Shown piece by piece: positions 11,640 to 21,521 of a DNA stretch of 52,070 nucleotides. The notes under the pieces were generated by a model. It was given only the letters and a program-made list of their open reading frames with translations, was not told the DNA's origin and ran no database searches. The translations under genes were made by a program, and so were the position numbers. This DNA is from Candidatus Peregrinibacteria bacterium CG_4_9_14_0_2_um_filter_41_14 (GTDB lineage: Bacteria; Patescibacteriota; Gracilibacteria; UBA1369; UM-FILTER-41-14), in the NCBI GenBank assembly GCA_002788755.1, contig PFRW01000050.1, forward strand, positions 1-52,070, in the 5' to 3' direction. Positions within the stretch are counted from its first letter, which is position 1. Every line of letters starts with the position of its first letter.

Positions 11640-11673
11640 TACTATGATTAAAAGTAACTAAATAAAAATATAT

Positions 11674-14226
11674 ATGGCAGAAGAAAACAACAATAACGAA
11701 CAGAGTGATCAGCTTTTTGGCGAAGGTGAAGAGGTCACCAGAGATCGACTAAAGGACATAAATATTACAGAAGAAATGGAGAAAAATTACCTCACATATG
11801 CAATGAGTGTAATTGTTTCACGGGCGCTTCCTGATGTAAGAGATGGTTTAAAGCCTGTACATCGTCGTATTTTATATGCGATGAAGGATTTAGGTTTGAC
11901 GTCGAGTGCCAAATTTAGGAAGTCTGCTACCGTTGTCGGTGAAGTGTTGGGTAAATACCATCCGCATGGTGATACGGCGGTTTACGACTCTTTGGTTCGT
12001 TTAGCGCAGGATTTCTCGATGCGTTATATGCTGATAAATGGACAAGGTAACTTTGGTTCGGTGGATGGCGATAATGCTGCGGCCATGCGTTATACTGAGG
12101 TTAAATTACAAAAAATTACGGACGAAATGTTGGCTGATATTGAAAAAGAGACCGTTGATTTTAGAGACAACTATGATGGCTCACAACGAGAACCAACTGT
12201 ATTGCCGACTAAAATTCCTCAGCTACTGCTAAATGGTGGTATGGGAATTGCCGTGGCAATGGCAACATCGATTCCGCCACATAATTTGAGAGAAGTAATG
12301 GATGCGGTAATTCATCTATTGGATGATCCGGAGGCAGGAGTAGATGATTTAATGCAACATATTAAAGGGCCCGATTTTCCAACCGGAGGCACTATTTATG
12401 ACCAAGAAGCAATTAAAACAATGTATGCAACTGGGCGTGGAGGAATTGTAATGCGAGCTAGAGCAAATATTGAGGAATCTGGGCAGGGTCGACATAGAAT
12501 TATTTTTAGTGAAATTCCATACCAAGTAAATAAGTCGACTTTGATTACCAAAATTGCCGACTTGGTTCGAGATAAAAAAATCATGCATATTAGCGACATT
12601 CGTGACGAGTCAAATCGCGAAGGGATGCGCATTGTTATCGAGTTAATGAAGTCAGCATATCCTAAAAAGGTTCTAAATCAGCTTTATAAGATGAGCCAGT
12701 TACAGACTCGGTTTAATATGAATATGATCGCTTTGGTGGATGGTTTGCAGCCACGGTTACTTAATTTAAAACAAGTAATTGGCTATTTTATTGCCCATCG
12801 CAAGGAGGTTATTGTGAGACGTACTGAGTTTGATTTACAAAAAGCTAAAGACCGTGCACATATTTTAGAAGGCTTGAAGGTAGCGTTGGATCATATTGAT
12901 GCTGTAATTGCCACAATCCGTGGTTCGGCAACTAAAGAAATTGCGCATGATGAGTTAATGGAGAAATTCTCACTTTCAGATAAGCAAGCGACAGCGATTT
13001 TAGAAATGCGATTACAAACTTTAGCTGGTTTAGAAAGACAAAAAATTGAAGATGAATTAGCCGAAAAATTGGCATTAATTATTGAACTGGAATCAATTTT
13101 GATGGATCCAAGTAAAATTTTGACAATTATTAGAGAAGAATCTTTAGCAATAAAAGAAAAGTATGGGGATGAGCGTAAAACAGAGGTAGTGCCAACAGCG
13201 CTTGGTGATATTACATCTCTGGATACCGTGCCAAATAAACCGATGATTGTGACAATTACAGAAGAAAATTATGTTAAGCGTATGCCGCCAACAACTTTCC
13301 GGGCGCAAAAACGTGGTGGAAAGGGAGTAATTGGCTTAACGACAAAAGAAGATGATGAAATTATGGGGATATATTATGCAATGAACCATGATGATATTTT
13401 GTTTTTTACGGACAAAGGGCGTGTCTTTCAGCTTAAGGCATTTGAAATTCCAGAGGCGGCTAGAACAGCTAAGGGGCAAGCAATTATCAATTTGTTACAA
13501 TTAGAAAAGGATGAGCGTGTTACTTCTGTTTTAGTTATTGGTACCGAATTTAAGGGTAAATATCTAATTATGGGAACCAAGGAAGGTACAGTTAAAAAGA
13601 CAGAGATGAATGAATACAAAAATCTCAAACGAAATGGCTTAATTGCAATCAAATTGCGCAAAGGCGATTCGTTGGAATGGGTGCGACAAGTTGATCCTCA
13701 AGATGAAATCATTATTGTGACAAATGGTGGAAAATGTATCCGTTTTGACGAGGCTGATGCCAGACCAATGGGACGTTCGGCAATGGGCGTGCGTGGAATT
13801 CGCTTAAAGAAAGAGGATTTTGTTGTGGAAATGAATGTGGTTAAGGCACCGGATAAAACTAAATTGTTTGTGATTATGGAAAACGGTATTGGTAAATGCA
13901 CCGAGATTACCGAGTATCGTAAGCAAAACCGTGGTGGTGCGGGAATTTTAACTGCCCATGTTACTAAAAAAACAGGGAAAATTGTAGGAGCGAGAGCCAT
14001 TGAAGAAGGTGTTAATGCCGACTTAATTATTGTTTCTAAATCCGGGCAAATTATTCGTCTGCAAACAGATAATATTCCGGAGCAAGGTCGGGCAACGCAA
14101 GGTGTATACATAATGCGTGTTCGTGGTGAAGATAAAGTGGCTTCGCTATCGTTAATCAGCAATCCCCTTGCGGAGGAAGGTGAAGAAGAGGAAGTAGATG
14201 AAAACCAAGAAGTACTGCCTGTTTAG
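11674..14226 (+). CDS. gyrA: DNA gyrase subunit A
   Basis: KYHPHGD, the catalytic-Tyr motif AAMRYTE, C-terminal beta-pinwheel repeats and an acidic tail. 850 aa. Confidence 0.97.
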   Translation: MAEENNNNEQSDQLFGEGEEVTRDRLKDINITEEMEKNYLTYAMSVIVSRALPDVRDGLKPVHRRILYAMKDLGLTSSAKFRKSATVVGEVLGKYHPHGDTAVYDSLVRLAQDFSMRYMLINGQGNFGSVDGDNAAAMRYTEVKLQKITDEMLADIEKETVDFRDNYDGSQREPTVLPTKIPQLLLNGGMGIAVAMATSIPPHNLREVMDAVIHLLDDPEAGVDDLMQHIKGPDFPTGGTIYDQEAIKTMYATGRGGIVMRARANIEESGQGRHRIIFSEIPYQVNKSTLITKIADLVRDKKIMHISDIRDESNREGMRIVIELMKSAYPKKVLNQLYKMSQLQTRFNMNMIALVDGLQPRLLNLKQVIGYFIAHRKEVIVRRTEFDLQKAKDRAHILEGLKVALDHIDAVIATIRGSATKEIAHDELMEKFSLSDKQATAILEMRLQTLAGLERQKIEDELAEKLALIIELESILMDPSKILTIIREESLAIKEKYGDERKTEVVPTALGDITSLDTVPNKPMIVTITEENYVKRMPPTTFRAQKRGGKGVIGLTTKEDDEIMGIYYAMNHDDILFFTDKGRVFQLKAFEIPEAARTAKGQAIINLLQLEKDERVTSVLVIGTEFKGKYLIMGTKEGTVKKTEMNEYKNLKRNGLIAIKLRKGDSLEWVRQVDPQDEIIIVTNGGKCIRFDEADARPMGRSAMGVRGIRLKKEDFVVEMNVVKAPDKTKLFVIMENGIGKCTEITEYRKQNRGGAGILTAHVTKKTGKIVGARAIEEGVNADLIIVSKSGQIIRLQTDNIPEQGRATQGVYIMRVRGEDKVASLSLISNPLAEEGEEEEVDENQEVLPV

Positions 14227-14248
14227 ATCTAATTTTTGCTAAAAAATT

Positions 14249-15478
14249 ATGCGCACTGCTACCCGTTTAATTATTGCCGGTTTACTGGTTAGTTTAATGG
14301 GGGCAGGGCTTGCATTTGCTGCTAATGCCGACTTGTACGTTACTCAGGGGGGCATTAGTTTAGCAACGGACAATGTTTTTGAAGGCTCGCCGGTGCGAAT
14401 TTATGCAACGGTTGGCAATAATGGCACTAAAGATGCCCGCGGTTTAGTTCGATTTTTTTTAGATACGGATGTGTTAAAAATCGGGAGTGATCAGCCAGTT
14501 GCCGTAATAGCCAACAATAGCGACGTGGCATATGTTGATTTATATCCACCGAAAGGACAGCACACGATTATTGTGCGCGTGTTGCCGTGGGACCCAAGCG
14601 AGGATGCGCCCGGCAACAATATAGCCAGCCGAGCAATTTGGGTAAAAGCTGATAATGATCATGACAAAATTGCGGACGATGAAGATACAGATGATGATAA
14701 TGATGGCGTGATTGACACAAAAGATGCCTTCCCTTTTGATAAGAATGAAAGTTTAGATTCAGACTCCGATGGCCAAGGCAACAACACTGACTTTGACGAT
14801 GATAACGATGGTGTACCGGATGAAAATGATGCACTCCCTCTAGATCCAACCGACAGTGAAGACAGAGATGGCGATGGCATAGGCGATAAAGCCGATCCCG
14901 ACGATGACGGTGATAACTTAGATGATGCTGACGAACTAATGATTGGTTTAGACCCTACCAAACCGGACACAGATGGTGACGGAGTTTTGGACGGTGATGA
15001 TGCTTTTCCATTTGATCCAAAGCTAGCATATGACACAGATAAAGATGGTATTGGTAATGAAATCGATAAAGATGATGATGGCGATGGAATTGTTGATGAG
15101 GAAGATCCCATGCCATTAAACGCAGGGCCAAAACTTGAAGTAAACTTGAGTACGATTAAAGCAGCAAACTTTAGAATTGTTTTTGATGCCGGGCGTTCTT
15201 TTGATCCGGACGGGGAGATTGCCAAAATTGTTTGGGATTTTGATGGCGTAATTAAGGAAGGACCTCAAGTTGTACATGTTTTTCAGGAGCCCGGTCTTAA
15301 AAAGGTGACGGTAACTGCGTTTGATAACATGGGTGAAGGTCGCAAACGAGTATATGAAATTAAAGTATGGGGGTTTGGGACTGTGTTAATTTTAATGTTC
15401 ACCCTAATTGTACTTGCTCTTGCATTTACAATTGGAGTTATTTATAGTCTGCGTGCTCAAAAAAATTCCAATTTATAG
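14249..15478 (+). CDS. surface protein: signal peptide, CARDB-like domain, thrombospondin type-3-like Ca-binding repeats, PKD domain, C-terminal TM anchor
   Basis: Signal peptide LLVSLMGAGLAFA. There are at least 7 D.D.DG..D..D repeats (for example DTDDDNDGVIDTKD and DSDSDGQGNNTD). PKD signature FDAGRSFDPDGEIAKIVWDFDG...VTVTAFDNMGEG. C-terminal helix VLILMFTLIVLALAFTIGVIY. Confidence 0.75.
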   Translation: MRTATRLIIAGLLVSLMGAGLAFAANADLYVTQGGISLATDNVFEGSPVRIYATVGNNGTKDARGLVRFFLDTDVLKIGSDQPVAVIANNSDVAYVDLYPPKGQHTIIVRVLPWDPSEDAPGNNIASRAIWVKADNDHDKIADDEDTDDDNDGVIDTKDAFPFDKNESLDSDSDGQGNNTDFDDDNDGVPDENDALPLDPTDSEDRDGDGIGDKADPDDDGDNLDDADELMIGLDPTKPDTDGDGVLDGDDAFPFDPKLAYDTDKDGIGNEIDKDDDGDGIVDEEDPMPLNAGPKLEVNLSTIKAANFRIVFDAGRSFDPDGEIAKIVWDFDGVIKEGPQVVHVFQEPGLKKVTVTAFDNMGEGRKRVYEIKVWGFGTVLILMFTLIVLALAFTIGVIYSLRAQKNSNL

Positions 15479-15519
15479 GTTTAGCCGTGCCTTAACTCGG
15501 TATCATTAACCATTTGACT

Positions 15520-15825
15520 ATGAAACCTAATATTCACCCAGAAATGTACGACGTTGTATTTGTAGACTCTTCTAGTGGAGCTCAGTTTATTACAACATCA
15601 ACAGTTAAAAGCGAAGAAACAGTAAAAATAGGTGGTAAAGAGTATTTCGTAATTAAAGTAGAAACTACATCCGATACACATCCGTTCTTTACAGGTAAAC
15701 AAAGATTACTTGATACGGCCGGTCGTGTTGATAAATTCCGAGCTAAGCAAAAGGCAGCTGCCAAATATGATGCCGAAAACCCAGCCGAGGTTGAAGAAGA
15801 AGCTATGGTTGCTGAGGAAGCGTAA
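15520..15825 (+). CDS. rpmE: 50S ribosomal protein bL31, type B, with acidic C-terminal extension
   Basis: MKPNIHPEMYDV... and HPFFTGKQR motifs, with no CxxC zinc motif. The track start at 15514 is TTG and the ATG at 15520 gives the canonical N-terminus. Confidence 0.88.
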   Translation: MKPNIHPEMYDVVFVDSSSGAQFITTSTVKSEETVKIGGKEYFVIKVETTSDTHPFFTGKQRLLDTAGRVDKFRAKQKAAAKYDAENPAEVEEEAMVAEEA

Positions 15826-17446
15826 GGCTGCGTGAATTATAAGGAAAAACTCGCATATTAATTGTAGCTTCTTGATTAAAGATTTGTTTTGCAAAATTCT
15901 CTAGATCTGCTTGAAATGCATCCAGTTGATCTTGTTGAGTTGCAGGTATCTTGATATCAAAGCCAATGGTATATTTGGTAATGTTGCTTAATTCAAATTC
16001 ACTATTAGTGTCGATATTTTGCCATTTTATTGTGAGGTTTGTAATGTCGGCATTAGTGACTATGTTTTGGTCGAAAAAATTATGAAATCTAAGAATTAAG
16101 TCTTGGTGATAGATTTCGGCAGGTGTGAGTTTGGGGATTATATCGGTTTCACTGTATTGGGGAATGATAGTCCAAATTATGTTTGCTGTTTCTCGAACTT
16201 GTAATTTGGCTTGGAAGCCAGCGATTAATTGCTGTTGTTCATCCTTGGTAAGACTTTCGCCTGGTGTTAAAGTAATAATAGGTTTGATAGCCCAGGCCAT
16301 TTTCGAGGTATCAGCTGCTTCCTTAGTTACATCTGCAACTTCCAGTTTGACAATTGTAGCGGTTGGGAGCTTTTCTTTTAGAAAGTCGCGAAACTGGGTG
16401 GAAATTACATCGACGGGATCAGGCTTACTTTTTTGGGTTTCGGAAATAATACTGGCGACAGGAATGATATCAATTTTGAGGTCGACTTTACGGCTTAGTG
16501 ATTGACCAAGTTCGTCAGCAATTGCGTTTTTGGTTTCCAGATAGAATTCTGAGCCTTGTGGAATTCTGATTGTGCCGGATATTTGAGCGCTATCGTTAGT
16601 TACGTTTAATAATTTTAGCTCACTAAGTTTGGCATTTGGAATTTTTTCACTTAATACATTTTCCAAATAATTTTTTGCTTTGAGCTCGATGCTAATGCGT
16701 GTAGAAATCTTTTGAAGGGAGGAGACTAGCGGGATTGAGATAAGACCAATCAGTAACAGTAAAATCGTAATATCTTTAAAGGCATTGATTTGTTTAAAAC
16801 GTTGATTTGGGGCAAAACCATAAAGAAAGAACATGATAATTCCTACAAAGACAATTGCGACTAAATTGGTAAAGAAGAGAAATAAACTCCCGCTAAACTG
16901 CGCATAATTGTGAAAGGCGAGTTCGATTCCGGCTACGGCAAGTGGCGGTAACAGGGCGGCGGACATAGCCACACCGGCGACGCTTTCGCTATAGCGTGTG
17001 GAAGAAAGAGATAGGAAGACGACAATGGCTGATGCCAAAGCAATAAACAAATCGAGGAGGTTGGGCGTAGTGCGCGCAAGAATTTCGACTGTTTCAATCT
17101 GCAATGGTACTAAGCTGGCGGTTAAAAAACCAATGCCAACAGCTAGCATTACACTAATTAAGATAATCCTTAATCCCCTGGTAATATTAGATGACTGGCC
17201 TGTGGTTATACCAAAAGCGAGAAGTTCGATTGGTCTAAAGAGAGGGGCAATCAGCATCGCACCAATAACAATGGCGATTGAATTTTGCAACAAACCTAAA
17301 CTGGCAATAATACTGGATAAAATGATTTCGATCCAGTAGGCAGTATCGGCACGGAACTCTTCAATTAGTTTTGTGGACATGGCACTTTTTTGACCGTCGC
17401 TTAGTCCAAGAAGAGCGAATTTCTGTTTTTTGGGGATTTCCTCCAT
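15803..17446 (-). CDS. DUF389-family membrane protein with long C-terminal soluble domain
   Basis: IIASLGLLQNSIAIVIGAMLIAPLFRPI matches the DUF389 core (vIGAMliaPL). The N-terminal half has about 6 TM helices and is followed by about 300 aa with no TM helices. Confidence 0.65.
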   Translation of the reverse strand: MEEIPKKQKFALLGLSDGQKSAMSTKLIEEFRADTAYWIEIILSSIIASLGLLQNSIAIVIGAMLIAPLFRPIELLAFGITTGQSSNITRGLRIILISVMLAVGIGFLTASLVPLQIETVEILARTTPNLLDLFIALASAIVVFLSLSSTRYSESVAGVAMSAALLPPLAVAGIELAFHNYAQFSGSLFLFFTNLVAIVFVGIIMFFLYGFAPNQRFKQINAFKDITILLLLIGLISIPLVSSLQKISTRISIELKAKNYLENVLSEKIPNAKLSELKLLNVTNDSAQISGTIRIPQGSEFYLETKNAIADELGQSLSRKVDLKIDIIPVASIISETQKSKPDPVDVISTQFRDFLKEKLPTATIVKLEVADVTKEAADTSKMAWAIKPIITLTPGESLTKDEQQQLIAGFQAKLQVRETANIIWTIIPQYSETDIIPKLTPAEIYHQDLILRFHNFFDQNIVTNADITNLTIKWQNIDTNSEFELSNITKYTIGFDIKIPATQQDQLDAFQADLENFAKQIFNQEATINMRVFPYNSRSLTLPQQP

Positions 17447-17507
17447 ATTTGTTGCTATGGGTATCTCTATATTGTACCATATTTTTCGATAATTGTTAGA
17501 ATAAAAT

Positions 17508-18662
17508 ATGTTTGAGTTTGAGATTAAAACTAAATCTAAAAATACTGCTGCGCGAACAGGTCAATTTGTTTTGCCGCGTGGCACTATTAAAACGCCTGTA
17601 TTTATGCCGTGCGGCACTAAAGGCATGGTAAAAACAATGCTTCCGGATGAGCTTAAGGCACTGGGTGTGGAGATTATTTTGGGAAATACTTATCATTTAT
17701 ATTTGAGGCCGGGTGAAAAGTTAATTGCACAAGAAGGCGGTTTACCAAAATGGAACAACTGGAATGCACCAATGCTATCGGACTCGGGAGGGTTTCAGGT
17801 TTTTTCTTTGCAGGGTACCCGTAATGATTCTGGTAAGTCGTTGATTAAAATTGATGAGGATGGCGTGGAGTTTAGGTCGTATTTAGATGGTTCAAAACAT
17901 TATTTTACGCCGGAGAAGGCCGTAGAAATTCAGTCGAAAATTGGTGCCGATATTATGATGGCTTTTGATGAGTGCTCCGCTGCTAATGTAACTAAAGATT
18001 ACGCACGAGCCGCCATGGGGCGGACACACCGCTGGTTTAAAAGATGCTACAAGCGACATGATGAGTTAGAGATGGGGGCCCCCACTAAACTGCCACAGGC
18101 TCTGTTTCCGATTGTACAAGGAGGAATGTTTGCGGATTTACGAACGGAGTCAGCTACATTTTTAAACGGATTTGATGCGCCAGGTGTGGCAATTGGTGGT
18201 TTGTCTGTTGGAGAAACTAAGGAGCAGATGTTGGCAATGTTGGATGTTGTGATGCCGATTTTGAATGATGATCGACCAAGGTATTTAATGGGTGTGGGGT
18301 CGCCGGATGATTTAATTGAAGGTGTGGCGCGCGGGGTTGATATGTTTGACTGCGTTTTACCCACAAGGCTGGCGAGACATGGTGCTTATTGGGATCAATT
18401 TGGTCGCCAAAATATTAAGCTGGAGCAGAATAGAGACGATAAGCGCCCACTAATGGAAGGGTGTGACTGTTCTACTTGTCAGCAGTTTGAACGAAGCTTT
18501 ATACGCCATCTATTTGTAGAAAAGGAAATTACGGGGCTGCGCTTATTAACAATTCATAACTTGCGCTACCTCACAAGATTAATGGAACAAATACGAGAAG
18601 CAATTGATAGGCAAGAATTTGACCAATTCCGCCAGCAGTTTTGGTTAAAATGGCGAGATTAG
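17508..18662 (+). CDS. tgt: tRNA-guanine(34) transglycosylase
   Basis: LSDSGGFQV catalytic region, GGLSVGE and the zinc site CDCSTC...H. 384 aa. Confidence 0.95.
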   Translation: MFEFEIKTKSKNTAARTGQFVLPRGTIKTPVFMPCGTKGMVKTMLPDELKALGVEIILGNTYHLYLRPGEKLIAQEGGLPKWNNWNAPMLSDSGGFQVFSLQGTRNDSGKSLIKIDEDGVEFRSYLDGSKHYFTPEKAVEIQSKIGADIMMAFDECSAANVTKDYARAAMGRTHRWFKRCYKRHDELEMGAPTKLPQALFPIVQGGMFADLRTESATFLNGFDAPGVAIGGLSVGETKEQMLAMLDVVMPILNDDRPRYLMGVGSPDDLIEGVARGVDMFDCVLPTRLARHGAYWDQFGRQNIKLEQNRDDKRPLMEGCDCSTCQQFERSFIRHLFVEKEITGLRLLTIHNLRYLTRLMEQIREAIDRQEFDQFRQQFWLKWRD

Positions 18663-18716
18663 ATTTTTATAATATTGCTATAATGCTAAAGTGAATGCCA
18701 ACTGTAATTAAAAATT

Positions 18717-19289
18717 ATGATTGGATATTTGAAAGGAAAAATTGTTCATATGGAAGCCAGAACAATTACGATTTTAACTGGTAGCGGTGTTGGCTATAGG
18801 GTTTTTGCGCCACAATCTTTATTATCTGCACAAGACATTAATATGGGAAATGAGGTTGAACTCTATATCTACACCCATTTTCGCCAAGACACTTTTGAGC
18901 TTTATGGATTTATGGAGAACTCGACTCTGATTTTCTTTGAGTCGTTAATTAGTATTAATGGTGTTGGACCAAAATTGGCGATGGATATATTGGCGGCGCC
19001 TATCCATAAAGTCCAAGAAGCAATTCAGGCTGAGGACACTAGATTCTTGCAGTCTATTAAGGGGCTTGGCAAAAAAACTTCAGAGCGGATGATTTTGGAG
19101 CTTAAAGGTAAATTACCTAAATTTTTGCATGATCGAGATGAAAATACTGTTCAGGTTTCGGATGATATTATTGAGGCATTGTTAAATTTGGGATACAAGC
19201 GTCGGCATGTTGATTTGGTTTTGGAGAAACTACCGGCCGACTTGGAAGCCGCTGAGGATATAATCAAATTTTTTCTACAAAACGTTTAA
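18717..19289 (+). CDS. ruvA: Holliday junction DNA helicase subunit RuvA
   Basis: MIGYLKGKI N-terminus, and helix-hairpin-helix motifs INGVGPKLA and IKGLGKKTSERM. Confidence 0.9.
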   Translation: MIGYLKGKIVHMEARTITILTGSGVGYRVFAPQSLLSAQDINMGNEVELYIYTHFRQDTFELYGFMENSTLIFFESLISINGVGPKLAMDILAAPIHKVQEAIQAEDTRFLQSIKGLGKKTSERMILELKGKLPKFLHDRDENTVQVSDDIIEALLNLGYKRRHVDLVLEKLPADLEAAEDIIKFFLQNV

Positions 19290-19363
19290 AGCTTGTAAAA
19301 GCGGTTTACGCGGTCGTAACTGGATAACATCTTGCCTTGCTGTAAATTTATTGCCGAAAACAA

Positions 19364-19391
19364 TTGCCTCATATCAATCTGGTCATATAAT
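19364..19391 (+). promoter_or_regulatory. sigma70-type promoter
   Basis: TTGCCT (19364-19369), a 16-nt spacer, then TATAAT (19386-19391), 32 nt upstream of the ATG at 19424. Confidence 0.55.
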
Positions 19392-19423
19392 GACATTAAT
19401 AAAAAATTTAAATAAAAACACAA

Positions 19424-20479
19424 ATGACACACCTCGATACTCTTCCCAAAGTTCAGGAATTGATTAATAGTTTATTGATCGTTTTGTCCGAGAAAGAAAA
19501 GTATATTGTGGAAAATCGCTTTAGCTTGAATGATCATCCACGCTTAACGTTAGAAAAGATTGGTGAAAAATACAACGTAACGCGAGAGCGCATCCGCCAA
19601 ATTGAAAAAAATGCATTACGCAAATTATCACGAAATGTGAACAATACACAGTTACGTGATTTGACCTCTATGGCACTGCAAATTTTGGAAGATAATGGTG
19701 GCGTAGTCAGTGAAAAAATGATGGTAAATGAAATGTTAAAACTAGCTGATAGCAAGGAAGGTATTGATGTGAGCAGTTTAAAATTAACTATCGATTTAGA
19801 TAAAGGTCTAGTGCGTGAGCATAACACAATCCGGTTTCGCCCTTTTTGGCGTTTGGTAGATCTAAAGCCACGTGATATTCGCAAGGCATGTGATGCGGTA
19901 AAAAAGGAATTGAAGAAAAATGAAAAAGTAATGAGTGCAGCAAAACTAGCAACACATTGCCAAGAAAAAAATGGAATTGCGTGTGCAAATGAAGCATTTA
20001 TAAAATCGGCCGCTCGCTTAGATCGTGACTTGAAGGTTGTTTCCGACGGTGTAGGTTTAGCAAGTTGGCGTGATATCAATCCAAAAACACTGCGTGATAA
20101 AATCTTCTATGTCTTTAATGAAATGAAGAAGCCACTGCATTACATCGATATTTCTAATCAAATTACAGAGCTTAGTTTTGATAATAAATCAGTTAATACA
20201 CAGGCTGTACATAATGAACTAATTAGATACGATGAGTTTATTTTGATTGGTCGTGGTATTTACGCCTTAAAATTTTGGGGATATGAAGAAGGGACAGTTG
20301 CTGATGTGATTGAAAAAGTTTTGATTGAACACGGTGAACTTGAACGTGATGAAATCGTGGAAAAGGTATTAGAAAAGCGCCAAGTCAAAAAAATCACAAT
20401 TTTGCTAAACCTAAAGAATAAAGATCAATTTACTAAAACTAAGACTGATAAGTACAAACTGACAACAGCAGCTAAGTAA
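19424..20479 (+). CDS. DNA-binding protein: sigma-70 region-4-like HTH plus C-terminal HARE-HTH/winged-helix domains
   Basis: LTLEKIGEKYNVTRERIRQIEKNALRKL is a textbook sigma region 4.2 HTH. I see no region 2. The C-terminal ...PLHYIDISNQI...VHNELIRYDEFILIGRGIYALKFWG fits HARE-HTH. Confidence 0.6.
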   Translation: MTHLDTLPKVQELINSLLIVLSEKEKYIVENRFSLNDHPRLTLEKIGEKYNVTRERIRQIEKNALRKLSRNVNNTQLRDLTSMALQILEDNGGVVSEKMMVNEMLKLADSKEGIDVSSLKLTIDLDKGLVREHNTIRFRPFWRLVDLKPRDIRKACDAVKKELKKNEKVMSAAKLATHCQEKNGIACANEAFIKSAARLDRDLKVVSDGVGLASWRDINPKTLRDKIFYVFNEMKKPLHYIDISNQITELSFDNKSVNTQAVHNELIRYDEFILIGRGIYALKFWGYEEGTVADVIEKVLIEHGELERDEIVEKVLEKRQVKKITILLNLKNKDQFTKTKTDKYKLTTAAK

Positions 20480-20547
20480 TTAGATCTGCTTTTGCTTGAC
20501 GATTGGGGTACGATTTGATAAAAAGGTCTACGTACCCTTATTATTAT

Positions 20548-20624
20548 GGGCGGTTAGCTCAGTTGGCTAGAGCGTCTGGTTTACACCCAGAAGGTCATTG
20601 GTTCGACCCCAATACCGCCCACCA
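20548..20624 (+). tRNA. tRNA-Val (anticodon TAC), CCA encoded
   Basis: GGGCGGTTAGCTCAGTTGGCTAGAGCGTCTGGTTTACACCCAGAAGGTCATTGGTTCGACCCCAATACCGCCCACCA folds as a cloverleaf. The anticodon loop is TTTACAC and the T-loop is GGTTCGA. Confidence 0.93.
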
Positions 20625-20633
20625 GGTAGACGA

Positions 20634-20678
20634 TAAAATAAAAAAATTCCCTCCTCACTAGCGTTCAAACGGAGGGGG
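20634..20678 (-). terminator. intrinsic terminator after the C39-like peptidase operon
   Basis: Minus strand reads CCCTCC, a 16-nt loop, GGAGGG, then TTTTTTTATTTTAT. The loop is rather large. Confidence 0.5.
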
Positions 20679-20731
20679 TCACAGGACACTGCAGTTAGGC
20701 GGCGTCGAAGTTAGATGTAACATCCTAGGGG

Positions 20732-21511
20732 TTAGGATTGTGGCTTTACAACGATCATGGCTTTGCGCTCGGTGAGGATGGGATTCTTGTGTCCGCTTGG
20801 ATAATCTCTAATAGCTTCAAAAAGTGTGGTGTATGAATATATGTAGTCTTTACCGTTACGTGTGCCTGGATCGTTAGTGATAAAATGAGATTTGGCGTCG
20901 TTGTAGCCGGTAATTACTAGGGCGTGGCGTTCGGGGCCGCCGTTGGTAAAATTGGGATTATGGAGCGCAATGCCGTTTGCGGGAATAACGATGATATTAC
21001 CGCTTGCCAATTGGCTGCGCATATCGTCAATTGTAAAGTCGTAAATTAGTTCTGTATTTGAATAATGCAAATAATCGGTCATTAGTCTTTGGGTGTCGGC
21101 GGCGGATGAGTCGTTGTGGAAACCATAATTTTCATCTTCGTAAGCGGACATGGCGAGGATTTCTGCTAAGGCTTCTGTGTTTGTGAGGGCTTGGCCGGTT
21201 GCCCATCCGTAGGCCATTAAAAGGGAGGCTTCTTCGCAACCGTCTTGCTGGCGGTCGTCCGCCCAATCACCAAATGGGGCTTGAGAGATAAATGGCACTT
21301 TGTGAATTTTTTCGGCAGGTAGCTGTTGTGGGGTGGCTTCGGATTCGTACTCAATCGGAATAATTTCGATTTGTCGCTGTGCTTCTTTAACCAAATTTTG
21401 TACTCGGTTAATTGGATTAAGTGACTGGCCCCAATAATACAAAATGAAGGTACTGGAGATGACAATTCCCATGATAATAATTAAGATTAAATTGCGTTGA
21501 CTAATTTTCAT
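20732..21511 (-). CDS. secreted/membrane-anchored C39-like (papain-fold) cysteine peptidase domain protein
   Basis: N-terminal TM helix LILIIIMGIVISSTFILYYW. VPFISQAPFGDWADDRQQDGCEEASLLMAYGW resembles the Peptidase_C39_2 Cys region, and HALVITGYND is a candidate His. Confidence 0.55.
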   Translation of the reverse strand: MKISQRNLILIIIMGIVISSTFILYYWGQSLNPINRVQNLVKEAQRQIEIIPIEYESEATPQQLPAEKIHKVPFISQAPFGDWADDRQQDGCEEASLLMAYGWATGQALTNTEALAEILAMSAYEDENYGFHNDSSAADTQRLMTDYLHYSNTELIYDFTIDDMRSQLASGNIIVIPANGIALHNPNFTNGGPERHALVITGYNDAKSHFITNDPGTRNGKDYIYSYTTLFEAIRDYPSGHKNPILTERKAMIVVKPQS

Positions 21512-21521
21512 TTATATAGGA

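Noticed and set aside
11512-11673. AT-rich spacer next to gyrA with two inverted TTATCC elements (TTATCCtaaaGGATAA), considered as oriC with DnaA boxes
   Set aside because: There are only two partial matches to TTATCCACA. No dnaA or dnaN lies nearby and there is no cluster of boxes. A divergent promoter or operator region is more likely.
14568-15225. Antisense ORFs of 93 and 188 aa (Ser-rich) opposite the Asp-rich repeat protein
   Set aside because: They arise from the GAT/GAC-rich repeats, whose complement ATC/GTC has no stops. The sense gene has a clear domain architecture.
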